A DNA stretch of 53,267 nt, counting the filler, from Spirochaetales bacterium (lineage in GTDB: Bacteria > Spirochaetota > Spirochaetia > Treponematales > UBA12059), in NCBI GenBank assembly GCA_016928955.1. It is 3 parts of 3 records of this genome, joined end to end, with 100 filler letters (N's around TTAATTAATTAA, not from the genome) between each part and the next. Parts side by side here need not be neighbours in the genome. Positions count along the whole stretch, not along the records: positions 39,683 to 53,267 come from JAFGJV010000039.1; 2 more parts are not named here. One strand, written 5' to 3'. Position 1 is the stretch's first letter, and every line of letters starts with the position of its first letter. The notes under the pieces are model-generated. The model did no database searches, had not been told where the DNA came from, and saw nothing but the letters and a program-made list of their open reading frames with translations. The position numbers and the translations under genes were made by a program. Shown here one piece after another: positions 44,192 to 53,267 of the stretch.

Positions 44192-45034
44192 GTGAGGCAA
44201 TTCATCCTGCCGCCGTCCTGGGACGCTTCCCGGGACGGCGTTCTTGTCCTGACCGGCAAAGACGCGCGCCGCCTGGCCGTGGTACTCAGAGCGCAGCCGG
44301 GCGACACGTTTCCTGGCCTGGCGCCCTCGGGCACGCGTTGCCAGTGCGAGGTGCTGGCAGCCAGGGCCGAGCGCGTTGAGCTCCGCGTGCGTCCAGAAAC
44401 GGGAAGACAAGGCGCCACGGACATGCCCCCGCCGGACATCCGCTCGGGCAGGGCCGTTGAGAAAGCTCAACCGGCCAACGCGGAACCAGCCCCGCTTCCA
44501 CGTATCGTGCTGGCGGCGGGCATACTCAAAGGCTCCAAGCTGGACGACGTGGTGCGGGCCGCCACGGAAGCGGGCGCCGCCGCCTTTGTGCCGCTGGCCA
44601 CCGAGCGCTCCGTTCCCCGGGGAGAATTCCAGGGCAGGCTCGCCCGCCTGCGGCGGGTTCGCGACGAGGCCCTGGGGCAGTCAGGGTCCAGCGTTGGCAC
44701 GGACATATCCGACGCCCTGCCGCTGGCCGACTTTCTGGCGGCCTATCCCGCGGGCGGCACGCGGCTTGGCGTTGTCTTCCACGAGACGCCCCTTGCGAAA
44801 GGGTCGCTTCACGGCTATTGTACCGGAGACGTAGAGGAGATCGTGGCGTGCGTGGGACCCGAAGGCGGCTTTTCCGCCGGCGAGCTGGACCTGCTTGCCG
44901 CGGGCGGTTACAGGCCGGCGTGGCTCGGACCCTCCGTGCTACGCGCCCAGACGGCGGCCGTGTTCGCACTCGCGTCGATCCGCATCCTGTGCCTGGAGCG
45001 TGCCTCATGGCGGTTGACAAAATCAGGCGAATAA
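44192..45034 (+). CDS. rsmE: 16S rRNA m3U1498 methyltransferase
   Basis: VLR, ATEAG, QS, VGPEGGFS, LGPSVLRAQTA. Confidence 0.9.
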   Translation: MRQFILPPSWDASRDGVLVLTGKDARRLAVVLRAQPGDTFPGLAPSGTRCQCEVLAARAERVELRVRPETGRQGATDMPPPDIRSGRAVEKAQPANAEPAPLPRIVLAAGILKGSKLDDVVRAATEAGAAAFVPLATERSVPRGEFQGRLARLRRVRDEALGQSGSSVGTDISDALPLADFLAAYPAGGTRLGVVFHETPLAKGSLHGYCTGDVEEIVACVGPEGGFSAGELDLLAAGGYRPAWLGPSVLRAQTAAVFALASIRILCLERASWRLTKSGE

Positions 45035-45753
45035 GCGTGCTCAAGGTGCCCGTTGACATCGTGGCGCCGGAGGACCTGGAAAGCGCCATCCGCAGTCTCT
45101 ATGCCGACGGCAAGAACCACCAGATCGTGCTCCTGTCCATGGCCGACCTCATGAGGGCCAGGCGCTCTGGCGAGTTCCGGACCATGGTGACCGGGGCATC
45201 GCTGGTGGTACCCATATCCCTGTCCATAGTCAAAGCGGCCCGCATGACCAAGCGCGCCGAGCCGGTGCGGTACGAGCCGTTTGACTTCATCATCCAGCTC
45301 CTGGGCATCCTGGACCGCTTTGGCAAGTCCGTGTACCTGTTCGGCGCGTCACCCCGCAGCCTCATCAAGGCAGAGAAGAACATCAAGGCCACCTTCCGCG
45401 ACCTCAGGGTTGTCGGCCGCCATTCGCGCAGGATACCCAAAGGCTTCCTGCCCAAAATAGTGGAAGCCATACGCAAGTCCACGCCCACCCTCTTGATGGT
45501 GGGCAACGGCGTGCCCGGCGGGGAAAAGTGGATACCCCGCAACCTGCGGAATTTTTCCTCGGGGCTGTACCTCTGGTGCTCGGACGTTTTGGACGTGTTT
45601 GCCGAGCGCCGCAAACGGCCAGCGCCCGGTTCCTTTGCGCACGGTCTGGAATGGGCCCATTACCTCCCCCGCCATCCCTGGCGGTTCTTCCGCTTCCTGA
45701 CACTGTTCCGGATGAAAATCCTGGCGCTGTGGTACAGGATCAGGGGGCATTGA
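45007..45753 (+). CDS. WecB/TagA/CpsF-family glycosyltransferase
   Basis: SVYLFG, LRVVG, LLMVG.G.P..EKWI, R.AP....GLEW, PWR. Confidence 0.85.
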   Translation: MAVDKIRRISVLKVPVDIVAPEDLESAIRSLYADGKNHQIVLLSMADLMRARRSGEFRTMVTGASLVVPISLSIVKAARMTKRAEPVRYEPFDFIIQLLGILDRFGKSVYLFGASPRSLIKAEKNIKATFRDLRVVGRHSRRIPKGFLPKIVEAIRKSTPTLLMVGNGVPGGEKWIPRNLRNFSSGLYLWCSDVLDVFAERRKRPAPGSFAHGLEWAHYLPRHPWRFFRFLTLFRMKILALWYRIRGH

Positions 45754-45966
45754 GAAGCTGACGCTTTCCTGCATACCGGATACGAGTCCTTCATACCGAA
45801 ACGTTACAAGCGCGCAGTCTGCATCAACCTTGCCTCAGTCAACGCGGGAGCGCCCGCGGGCGCGGAGGACTGCGGCGCGTTCATCGCGCATTGGATAGGC
45901 GTGGGAGTGGCGTCCGCGGCTCTGTATGGCCACCGGACAAGGCTCCCCGTATGTATAGGAGGATAT

Positions 45967-47154
45967 ATGAATAGCTTCCGCGCGACGCGGGGCCGCCTAG
46001 CCCTGTGCGTCGCCCTTGCCTGCGCATGCGGTGCCGCTGCCCAGGGTACGAGCAACGACGATATCCTGGCGATCAGCTGGGAACAGGCCGACACGGTAGC
46101 CCAGCAGTACGATGTTGCCCGTGCCCTGGCCGACTCCAGCAGCCAGGGCAGCGCCCGCCTGGCGGCCACGGCCCTGGAGCAGGTGCTGGCCAGCCGGCCG
46201 GAAATCCGCAAGGGTCAGGATACGGCGCTGTACGAAAGCCTCAGCCGTGCCCTGATAGGAGTGATAGAGCGCTGGAACTACCGCGAGGCGGCCCACCTGC
46301 TGTGGACGGTGGTGGAGGACAGCGCGGATCCCCTGAGCAGGGCAGACGCCCTCATGGCCCTTGGCTCCCTGGCTGCCGCGGAGTACACAACCCGCATAGC
46401 GGCCATTCTGTCCGCCCTCAACGGAGGACCCACCACCGATCCCCGGGGCGCGGAACAGGTGGCCTTTGGGGCGGTGGTGGCACTGGAGCGTCTGCGGGCC
46501 CCGGAAGGGTTCCCTGCGGTGTTCTACGCCAGCGCAGGCTGGTACGGCGCGCGCGTCAGGACGCGGGCGGAAGGCGCTCTCTCAGCCATACTTCCCGATC
46601 CCACGGAGGCAATACTGTCCATACTGGATGCGGACAATCCATCCAGCATGCGCAAAGCCCTGGCCCACGGGCTGGGATCCAAAGCGGCGGACGACGGCAA
46701 GCGACGCGTGGCGCTGAAAACCCTGGAGCGGGGCACCACCCTGGGACCGGGCACGACCAAGGCGGACAGAAAAGAGCTGTCCGCCCTCCGCATGGAAGCC
46801 ATGGCAGCCCTCAAGCGCCTGCCTGCGTCCGGCGACGGCAGGGCGAACCTGGCCGCGGAGAGCTACCGCATAGGCACCCACGACGAGAAGCTCGAGGCCC
46901 TGTCGCTCCTGGGCAAGGATCCTTCCGCCGAAGCGGCCCAGGCCTTGTCGGACATCATCCTGCGCCTGGACGAAGACCAGCGCGCCGGCGTGGGTAACGC
47001 CGACAGGACCACCCTGGCCAAGGCAGCCATGGAAGCCGCTGCCGAGAACCGACAGCGCTCCCTGGTCACGGCGGTGCTGGCCGTGCGCAACAACCAGGGC
47101 TGGTCGGATTCCGTAATCGCGCTGGCCAAAGCGGCGCTTGAGGCTTTACAATAG
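45967..47154 (+). CDS. Secreted HEAT/ARM-like repeat protein
   Basis: AGGAGG RBS; signal peptide; Ala/Leu-rich helical repeats (RADALMALG, KLEALSLLG). Confidence 0.7.
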   Translation: MNSFRATRGRLALCVALACACGAAAQGTSNDDILAISWEQADTVAQQYDVARALADSSSQGSARLAATALEQVLASRPEIRKGQDTALYESLSRALIGVIERWNYREAAHLLWTVVEDSADPLSRADALMALGSLAAAEYTTRIAAILSALNGGPTTDPRGAEQVAFGAVVALERLRAPEGFPAVFYASAGWYGARVRTRAEGALSAILPDPTEAILSILDADNPSSMRKALAHGLGSKAADDGKRRVALKTLERGTTLGPGTTKADRKELSALRMEAMAALKRLPASGDGRANLAAESYRIGTHDEKLEALSLLGKDPSAEAAQALSDIILRLDEDQRAGVGNADRTTLAKAAMEAAAENRQRSLVTAVLAVRNNQGWSDSVIALAKAALEALQ

Positions 47155-47213
47155 GTCGCCGCGTCCCGGCGCTGGTAACCCGGCCGGGATCTCCGGACAA
47201 ACAAGGAGGCATC

Positions 47214-48332
47214 ATGAACGCATTCCAGGAGCGCCGGAAGCGCCTGGCTGACACCTTGGCCCCCGCCGGCCTGGCCATGGCCGTGTTCGAGGACACGGAA
47301 GGCAGGCGGGATCCTTCCATCCGCTACTTCACCGGCCAGCCCTCGGACGCGCTGCTGTTCATCGCGGCCAACGGAAAATCCATCCTGGTGGCCTGGGACG
47401 TGAACATGGCGGCTGCCATGGCGAGCGTCGACAAGATAGAGGCGTATACCGACTTTGGCCGCAGCCCGTACAAGGCCGTGTCAGGCGCCCTCAAGGCCCT
47501 GGGCACACCCACCGGGTCCAAAGTGGACCTTCCCGCCGCCACGCCGTATCCCATGTATCTCAGGTACGTTGAGGAAAACCCGGACTACGACTTTATCTGC
47601 TCCGAGGACGGCACGTCCAAGACGGCCGCGGACATGCGCGCGGTCAAGGACGCCGACGAACTGGCCATCTACCGGACCGTGTCGGAAATCACCGACCGGG
47701 TCATGGACGCCGTCGAGATGGGCGTAAAGAAGGGCGAACTCAGGACCGAAGCCGACGTGGCCCTCTTCATAGAACGGGCCCTGCGCGAGCGGGACTGCGA
47801 GTCGACCGGCTTTGACACCATAGCCGCCGGTCCGTCCCGGAGTTTTGGCATACACGCCTTCCCGAGCTACACGGCCGCCCCCTTTGCCGCAGAAGGGCTG
47901 TCCATCCTGGACTTTGGCCTCAAATACAAAGGCTACACATCGGACGTCACCATGACCTTTGTGCGCGGCTCGCTTACCGGCAAACGGGAGGAGATGGTCG
48001 CCCTGGTGGAACGCGCATACAAGGAAGCCGTGGCCATGTGCGCTCCCGGGGTAAAAAGCCGCGACGTGGCGCTCCGGGTGGACGCTATCTTCTCGGAGAA
48101 GGGCTACGCGATGCCCCACGGCCTGGGTCACGGCGTTGGCTTGGAAGCCCACGAGATGCCCGCCGTCCGCAGCCGGGAGGACAACACATGGGTGCTCGCT
48201 CCCGGCCACATCATCACCATAGAGCCCGGCCTGTACGATCCCGAAGCCGGCGGAGTACGCCTGGAAAACGACGTGCTGATCACGGACAAGGGCCACGAGG
48301 TGCTGACCCACTCACGAATCGTCTACCTGTAA
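47214..48332 (+). CDS. Xaa-Pro aminopeptidase (M24B)
   Basis: RAVKD..E, DFG....Y.SD.T, HGLGHGVGL..HE.P, TIEPGLY, GVRLEND. Confidence 0.95.
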   Translation: MNAFQERRKRLADTLAPAGLAMAVFEDTEGRRDPSIRYFTGQPSDALLFIAANGKSILVAWDVNMAAAMASVDKIEAYTDFGRSPYKAVSGALKALGTPTGSKVDLPAATPYPMYLRYVEENPDYDFICSEDGTSKTAADMRAVKDADELAIYRTVSEITDRVMDAVEMGVKKGELRTEADVALFIERALRERDCESTGFDTIAAGPSRSFGIHAFPSYTAAPFAAEGLSILDFGLKYKGYTSDVTMTFVRGSLTGKREEMVALVERAYKEAVAMCAPGVKSRDVALRVDAIFSEKGYAMPHGLGHGVGLEAHEMPAVRSREDNTWVLAPGHIITIEPGLYDPEAGGVRLENDVLITDKGHEVLTHSRIVYL

Positions 48333-48351
48333 ATCGCGGGCACCCCGGCAC

Positions 48352-48397
48352 AAAAAAATTAGGCCGGCGCGTCTTTTTTGACGCGCCGGCCTTGTTT
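48352..48397. terminator. Bidirectional terminator
   Basis: AGGCCGGCGCGTC-T6-GACGCGCCGGCCT between convergent genes. Confidence 0.85.
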
Positions 48398-48418
48398 CAT
48401 CCGGGATCATCGGGTAGT

Positions 48419-49432
48419 TCAGGGCACGCGCCCTGCCCGCCACGCCAGCACCCTGCCCGCGGCAAGAGGCTCCACGCCGTCTAGCTCCGCAGGCACGGTC
48501 CACGCTTCCTCCCACAGGCGGAGTTTCCCGCTATTGGCCGCCAGGCCGTAGAACCGCGCGCCGTTCACGGCACAGAACGCTTCCAGGGCACCAAGGGCTC
48601 CGGCCTGGTCGAACAGGCCGGCCAGCAGGGGCATGGCCACGGGCGACGAATAGCAGCCGGCCGCGCCGGAGCGCTTGGCCTCCGGAGGGTGCGGCGCTGA
48701 GTCGCTGCCAAAGAAAAATTTCGGGCTGCCTGAAATAGCCGCTTCAACGAGCGCCGTTCTGTCTCGCTCCGCCTTGAGCACCGGTTTGCAGAAAAAACCG
48801 GGCTGCAGCCGCTCGCCCAGGATATCGTCCAGGGTAAAGGCCAGGTGGTGAGCCGTTATGGTGGCGCCCACCCTGGCTGGCCAGCTCCGGACGGCGTCCA
48901 CGGCCGCGGCTGTGGATAGATGCTCCATGACCACCTTGAGCCCGGGATACGAGTTCACGATGCGGTCTAGGACGGGCAGGAAGGCTTCCTCGCGCTCCAG
49001 GACCGGGGCCCCGGGATCCTCGGCATGCACGGATAGCACGACGCCGGCGGCTTCCATGGCCGCCAGCTCGCCCTGCACGCTGTCCGGATCAGGCACCCCG
49101 TCCGCCGCGTTGGTCGTGGATCCGGCCGGGTAGTACTTTCCGGCAACGGCGCCGGCCAGCGCGCAAGCCCGGACAGCCTCCGCGCCCATGCCCGGTACCA
49201 GCTTGAAGGTAGGCAACATGCGCGTGCCCGAACCGGAAGCGGCCAGGTGGGCTTCAGCGGAGCGCCGGTAGTCATCCATGGCCCGGGCTGAGGACAGAGG
49301 GGGCACCACGTTGGGCATGACAAGCACGCGCCCGAAGTGTTCCGCGGAGCGCCTGGAGTACGCGGCGAGGGCCGGGCCCTGGCGCAGGTGGACATGAAAA
49401 TCGTCAGGCAGGGTAATGAGCAGTTCACGCAT
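48419..49432 (-). CDS. pyrC: Dihydroorotase (homodimeric type II)
   Basis: DDFHVHLR, MPN, KYYPAG.TTN, EHLST, FCKPVLK, GSDSAPH. Confidence 0.95.
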   Translation of the reverse strand: MRELLITLPDDFHVHLRQGPALAAYSRRSAEHFGRVLVMPNVVPPLSSARAMDDYRRSAEAHLAASGSGTRMLPTFKLVPGMGAEAVRACALAGAVAGKYYPAGSTTNAADGVPDPDSVQGELAAMEAAGVVLSVHAEDPGAPVLEREEAFLPVLDRIVNSYPGLKVVMEHLSTAAAVDAVRSWPARVGATITAHHLAFTLDDILGERLQPGFFCKPVLKAERDRTALVEAAISGSPKFFFGSDSAPHPPEAKRSGAAGCYSSPVAMPLLAGLFDQAGALGALEAFCAVNGARFYGLAANSGKLRLWEEAWTVPAELDGVEPLAAGRVLAWRAGRVP

Positions 49433-51062
49433 GGAAGGCAAGCTCCACGATGGATACGTCGTCCTCAAAGTGGTCCTTTGACGACAGCTCCAGGATTTCG
49501 TTGACAATGCGCTTGATTGGCGACAGGCAGGACGGAGCCAGCGCGCATTCCCGGTGATGGGCGGCTATCAGCTTGAGGAAATCTTCCCACGGGAGCATCG
49601 AGCCGTCCCTGCGCCGCACCTCGAAGAGGCCGTCGCTGAACAAATAGAGGTTGGACCCCGGCTCGACCCGCGTCACGAAATCGCTGAAGTCCGCCGTGTC
49701 GTCCACGCCTATCAGGGGGCCGTCGCCCGCAAGCTCGTCCAGGTCGCCGTTCGGTCTGGCCAGAATGGCCGGCGGCGCGCCTCCGGTGGCGTAGGTCAGG
49801 GTACGGGCGGCCGGGTCGTAAACCCCGTACCAGGCCGTGAAGAACATGTTGTTCTGGTCCTCTATCCTGAACGAGCGGTTCAAGCGCGACAAAACTCGCC
49901 CCGGGAGACCGTAATCCAGGCCTTCATAGCCCATGGCTTTGAGAAAATTCATCACCGTGACCGACAGCAGGGCCGCTTCTATGCCATGGCCGCTCACGTC
50001 TATGAGGAACACTGCCAGGCGGCCATCGGACAGGCGCCAGTAGGAAAAGCTGTCGCCTCCAAGGCTGAGCGACGGCAGGAACTCCCAGTCGGCCGCCACA
50101 TCGTCCCAATACGCGCGCCTTGGCAGGAGGGTGCGAACGTACTCAGCCGCGTCCATCAGCTCGGCTGCGAGCCGTTTTTGCGTTTCCGCCAGGCGCTCCC
50201 GGGCCAGTTCCGATTCCCGCTTGAAACGTTTTTTTTCCAGGAGACTGTCTATTCTGGCCTTGAGTATCAGCGGATCGAAATCCCTGAGCAGGTAATCCTC
50301 CGCTCCAAGCTCTATGCACCGGGCCATGGCCGCCCTGTCCTCAAGGGCGCTGATGACGATCACCGACTGCTCCCGAAGCACGGGATCTGCCCTGAGGGTC
50401 TCCAGAAACTGGAAACCGCTCATCACCGGCATCAGCACATCCAGGAACACCACGTCAAATGGTGCCTGGGCCAGTATCCTGTAACCGTCCTGGGCGTTAA
50501 CGGCCTGGCATACCACGTGCCCCTGGCGTTCCAGGTGACGCGACAACAGGTCGCGGTTGGACTCGTCGTCGTCTATGACGAGCATGCGCCCGCTGCGCTT
50601 GGCTCGCGGCAGTTCGGCCGCGGGCTGTTCTGCCATGACACCTTGCGCCGCGGCTTCCCGCTCGCCTATGAGCTCGGTGAGGGCATTGACGGCCTCATGG
50701 ATACGCCGGGCGTCGTCATGCGCGGCCAATTCCTCGGCGCCAGCGCCGTCTGGCAGTTTGGCGTTGCGGAACGCCATGACCGCGTCCAGGAACTCGAACA
50801 GGGCGCCATAAGCCGCCTGTTTGCCGGTTTCGTCGGCGGAACCCTGGTCCAGATCGTCAACATAGGATACAAGAGCCGTTTTGAACGCGCCTATTAGGGA
50901 TTTTAAGGTTCTCAGGGCTTGCCAAAACGGCCCGGAGGAGCCTGGTGGAGGATCCGGCAACAGTTCCGAGTAGCCCGTTGTGTGGTTAAGAAGGGTCCGG
51001 GCCTCGTGCCTGAACTGGGAGGCAAAAGGCCCCTCATGCGGGGAATCAGGATTTTTCAGCAT
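49425..51062 (-). CDS. Response regulator-PP2C (SpoIIE/RsbU-like) phosphatase with an N-terminal HisKA-like helical domain
   Basis: RHEARTLLNHTTGYSELL; REC (VIDDD, LDVLMP); PP2C (GGD, DVSGHG, SDGL.E, DDVS). Confidence 0.9.
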   Translation of the reverse strand: MLKNPDSPHEGPFASQFRHEARTLLNHTTGYSELLPDPPPGSSGPFWQALRTLKSLIGAFKTALVSYVDDLDQGSADETGKQAAYGALFEFLDAVMAFRNAKLPDGAGAEELAAHDDARRIHEAVNALTELIGEREAAAQGVMAEQPAAELPRAKRSGRMLVIDDDESNRDLLSRHLERQGHVVCQAVNAQDGYRILAQAPFDVVFLDVLMPVMSGFQFLETLRADPVLREQSVIVISALEDRAAMARCIELGAEDYLLRDFDPLILKARIDSLLEKKRFKRESELARERLAETQKRLAAELMDAAEYVRTLLPRRAYWDDVAADWEFLPSLSLGGDSFSYWRLSDGRLAVFLIDVSGHGIEAALLSVTVMNFLKAMGYEGLDYGLPGRVLSRLNRSFRIEDQNNMFFTAWYGVYDPAARTLTYATGGAPPAILARPNGDLDELAGDGPLIGVDDTADFSDFVTRVEPGSNLYLFSDGLFEVRRRDGSMLPWEDFLKLIAAHHRECALAPSCLSPIKRIVNEILELSSKDHFEDDVSIVELAFHA

Positions 51063-51180
51063 GCTCCTCAGCGTATTTGCGGAATTCAGCTTCGGACATC
51101 TTGTCGGCGTACATGGGATACAACGCCTCAACAAGCTCGTCCAGAGAAGGGAATTTTGCGCCATCGAGCTTATATGCCAT
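51046..51180 (-). CDS. 44-aa small protein (MAYKLDGAKFPSLDELVEALYP...)
   Basis: GGAG RBS; host-like codons; globular helical composition; overlaps the start of the PP2C gene. Confidence 0.65.
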   Translation of the reverse strand: MAYKLDGAKFPSLDELVEALYPMYADKMSEAEFRKYAEEHAEKS

Positions 51181-51345
51181 TGTCCACTCCCGCGAGCCCC
51201 GCCGGCGCCGGAAAACCCGGGCTCTTTCCACTGCCTGTCCGGGGGCCTTGCCGTTCCATCCTAGCTGAAAATCGCGCGGATTTCAAGAAAAGTATTGTTT
51301 TTGGCCATGTCCCGCACAAAGATAGTACTGAATGAACATTCTAGA

Positions 51346-51593
51346 GAGGCTCTTTCAAAAGGGAGCCTCTAAAACTTCAGTTTTTAGAGGGTTACCTTAG
51401 AAAATCCCGCGTTTTCTGCCGAAAACGCAGGAACCTCTAAAAACCATGGGGGTTTTGAGGTTCCCAAAAGTCGGACGAGTTTTGAACGAGCTGCATATTG
51501 AGACATGATTTGCGTAGCGCTTGCATAATATGCGAACAACCGCGAGCAATCGCAAAGCTATTTTCAGAAGTAACGGACTTTTGAAATTGGCTC
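51346..51593. mobile_element. Second MITE-like element (ends GAG.C..TTTCAAAAGTC) interrupted by the nested MITE
   Basis: Removing 51361-51465 and one AAAA restores GAGGCTCTTTCAAAAGTCGG, inverted relative to CGGACTTTTGAAATTGGCTC (51574-51593). AGA flanks both sides. Confidence 0.55.
51361..51465. mobile_element. Inverted copy of the 108-bp MITE with an AAAA target duplication
   Basis: Reverse-complement homologue of 24472-24579; AAAA at 51357-51360 and 51466-51469. Confidence 0.85.
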
Positions 51594-51674
51594 AGAGGCC
51601 GACAATTTTTTTCAGCCAACATGACGAATTTTTCGGATGAAAATGTCGACCGGAAGGTATATACTATTCCATCT

Positions 51675-53093
51675 ATGCGGTCGGCTGTCCTGAACCTGGA
51701 TATTTATACCCTCATCCTGGTCCAAGTACTCGTTTACGCGGGCAGTCTGGGTTTTTCACTGGTCCTGTTCTTTACCCGAACCACCTTTCCCGGAGCCAAG
51801 CAGTGGCTGTGCGGCCAGGGCCTGCTGGCTTTGGGGATAATCGGCGTGGCTGCCCAGAGCTTTGGATTTCCGTATGTCACCCTGGCCTTTGCCAACACGG
51901 CCCTGCTTGGCAGCTCCATACTCTTAGGACACGGGCTCTGGCGTTTCCGGAGCAACCGGCCGTTCCCCCTGGCGGTATACGCCCTACTGCCCCTGGCCCT
52001 GATTCTGTGGTTCCTGTTCGAGGATAGGGCTGTTGTTTCTCGCATCATCATCTTTTCAGGTTTCCTGACCCTGATCAGCGCCTGGGACGCTTCCATAGTC
52101 CTCCGAAAACCCAAACCGGGTTATGAAACCGCCAGTTTTCTGACGGCTGCCTACTTCATCCTGGTAAGCCTGGGTAGCGCCCTGCGCGCCGGCTCGGCTT
52201 TTTTCGGGGATACGCCGATCAACATTTACGAGGAGGGCCGCATGAGCGCGGCCATGTACCTGTTGGCCATCCTGGCGGCGTTTTTCAACTTGTTTGGCTA
52301 CTTCATCATGTCTGCGGTGCGGTCCGAGATGGACCTGAAAGCGGCCAATACGGCCGTGCGGGAGCGCAACAAGAGCCTCCTACAGGTCGTGTCGATGAAA
52401 GACTCGCTCATATCGGTACTTGGCCACGACCTCCGGGCGCCCATTTCTAGCGCCGCCCGCTACACCAGGCACCAGCTCCTGGAATATCCCGGCGACTTGA
52501 ACGAAAAGCGGGAAAGCGTGGAAACCCTGGCTCAGGGACTTGAGCACGCGTCCAGCCTGCTGGAAAACCTGGTGCAATGGGCAAGAAGCGCGTCGGGCAA
52601 GCTGGAGCTGAACCCCGAGCCCGCGTCCTTGGCCTCCCTCTGTTCCCAGGCCATGGTCGACGTGGCCGCAATGGCAACGGCCAAAAGCCTGGCCATTGTG
52701 CCTCCGGACGGCGACCTGCACGTCCTGGCCGATCCAAGGGCAGCCGTAACCGTGCTCAGGAACCTTTTGTCCAACGCCATTAAGTACTCGCAGCCCGGAG
52801 GATCCATACGCATGGGTATCCAACGGACAAGGCTTGGCTACGCAAGTGTCACTGTTGACGACGAAGGCGTGGGCCTCAAACCCGACCAGATACAACGCAT
52901 GTTCCAGCCAGGCAGGACCATCCTGACCCTGGGTACCAACGGCGAACAGGGCACGGGCTTGGGTCTGGCCATGTGCAAATCGTTCATGGAAACCATGGGC
53001 GGCACACTGAACGCCCTGTCCCTGCCCGACAAGGGAGCCCGATTCACCGCCGAGTTTCCCATCGCGGAAACGTCGACTGGGGACCAAGCCTAG
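51675..53093 (+). CDS. Membrane sensor histidine kinase (about 7 TM + HisKA + HATPase)
   Basis: GHDLRAP, NLLSNAIKYS, DEGVG, GTGLGL; hydrophobic N-terminal half. Confidence 0.93.
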   Translation: MRSAVLNLDIYTLILVQVLVYAGSLGFSLVLFFTRTTFPGAKQWLCGQGLLALGIIGVAAQSFGFPYVTLAFANTALLGSSILLGHGLWRFRSNRPFPLAVYALLPLALILWFLFEDRAVVSRIIIFSGFLTLISAWDASIVLRKPKPGYETASFLTAAYFILVSLGSALRAGSAFFGDTPINIYEEGRMSAAMYLLAILAAFFNLFGYFIMSAVRSEMDLKAANTAVRERNKSLLQVVSMKDSLISVLGHDLRAPISSAARYTRHQLLEYPGDLNEKRESVETLAQGLEHASSLLENLVQWARSASGKLELNPEPASLASLCSQAMVDVAAMATAKSLAIVPPDGDLHVLADPRAAVTVLRNLLSNAIKYSQPGGSIRMGIQRTRLGYASVTVDDEGVGLKPDQIQRMFQPGRTILTLGTNGEQGTGLGLAMCKSFMETMGGTLNALSLPDKGARFTAEFPIAETSTGDQA

Positions 53094-53267
53094 CAGGCGG
53101 TTTTTTCCCTGCCATAACCGAGCAGGCGCTGGGCCTTCAGCCCGGATATGATAACCAGGCTGCTGACAATATCGCTTGCTTTGCTTACTGCCGCGAACCT
53201 TATTGGTCGCTCTGGGAGCTAGGGCTTCGTCCGACCTCAGGCAAGGGCGAACCTCGGCGTATACGCC

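Noticed and set aside
42656..44470. 604-aa antisense ORF and similar long shadow ORFs (386-1927, 6926-8002, 16470-17735, 35747-37186, 49554-50897)
   Set aside because: They overlap motif-supported genes and have no motifs of their own; expected in high-GC DNA.
53094..53267. 3' end of a minus-strand gene at the window edge
   Set aside because: Too little sequence to choose a frame or product.

Overview
GC-rich bacterial chromosomal sequence, probably from an anaerobic spirochaete (inferred from the lipoprotein signal style, a FapA/DUF342 plus MinD/FlhG pair and an Msp-like outer-membrane protein). It is three contigs joined by two artificial 100-nt N/TTAATTAATTAA spacers (21398-21497, 39583-39682). 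Contig 1 opens with a probable IS256-family end and a 7-copy ATAGTAAGGA array of 22-23 bp period. It then carries a proline/sarcosine dehydrogenase-like pair, an AraC-GyrI regulator with an apparent internal promoter and RBS, a repeat-bounded Phd/RelE toxin-antitoxin cassette and a MATE pump. It ends in a ~12-kb cluster of secreted nuclease and scaffold lipoproteins (one endonuclease I, two EEP nucleases, two lamin-tail/Ig-repeat lipoproteins) divergent from an outer-membrane beta-barrel. Contig 2 holds a putative flavinylated lipoprotein, class II lysS, a MITE, a radical SAM gene, a cobB/B12-radical SAM/mtnA/aldolase/mtnP operon, a GlpA-like/SdhB-like pair, a tandem DUF1538 transporter with a triple-PII protein, AOR/MoaD and tRNA-Leu(CAG). 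Contig 3 is mostly housekeeping and signalling genes (FapA, MinD/FlhG, S41 protease, rsmE, WecB/TagA, HEAT-like protein, M24 peptidase, pyrC, REC-PP2C, histidine kinase) with nested MITEs. Best candidates for undescribed biology: the extracellular nucleic-acid harvesting locus, the nested GyrI transcription unit inside the AraC gene, and the phased repeat array at the window start. All calls come from motif recognition by eye; no searches were run.
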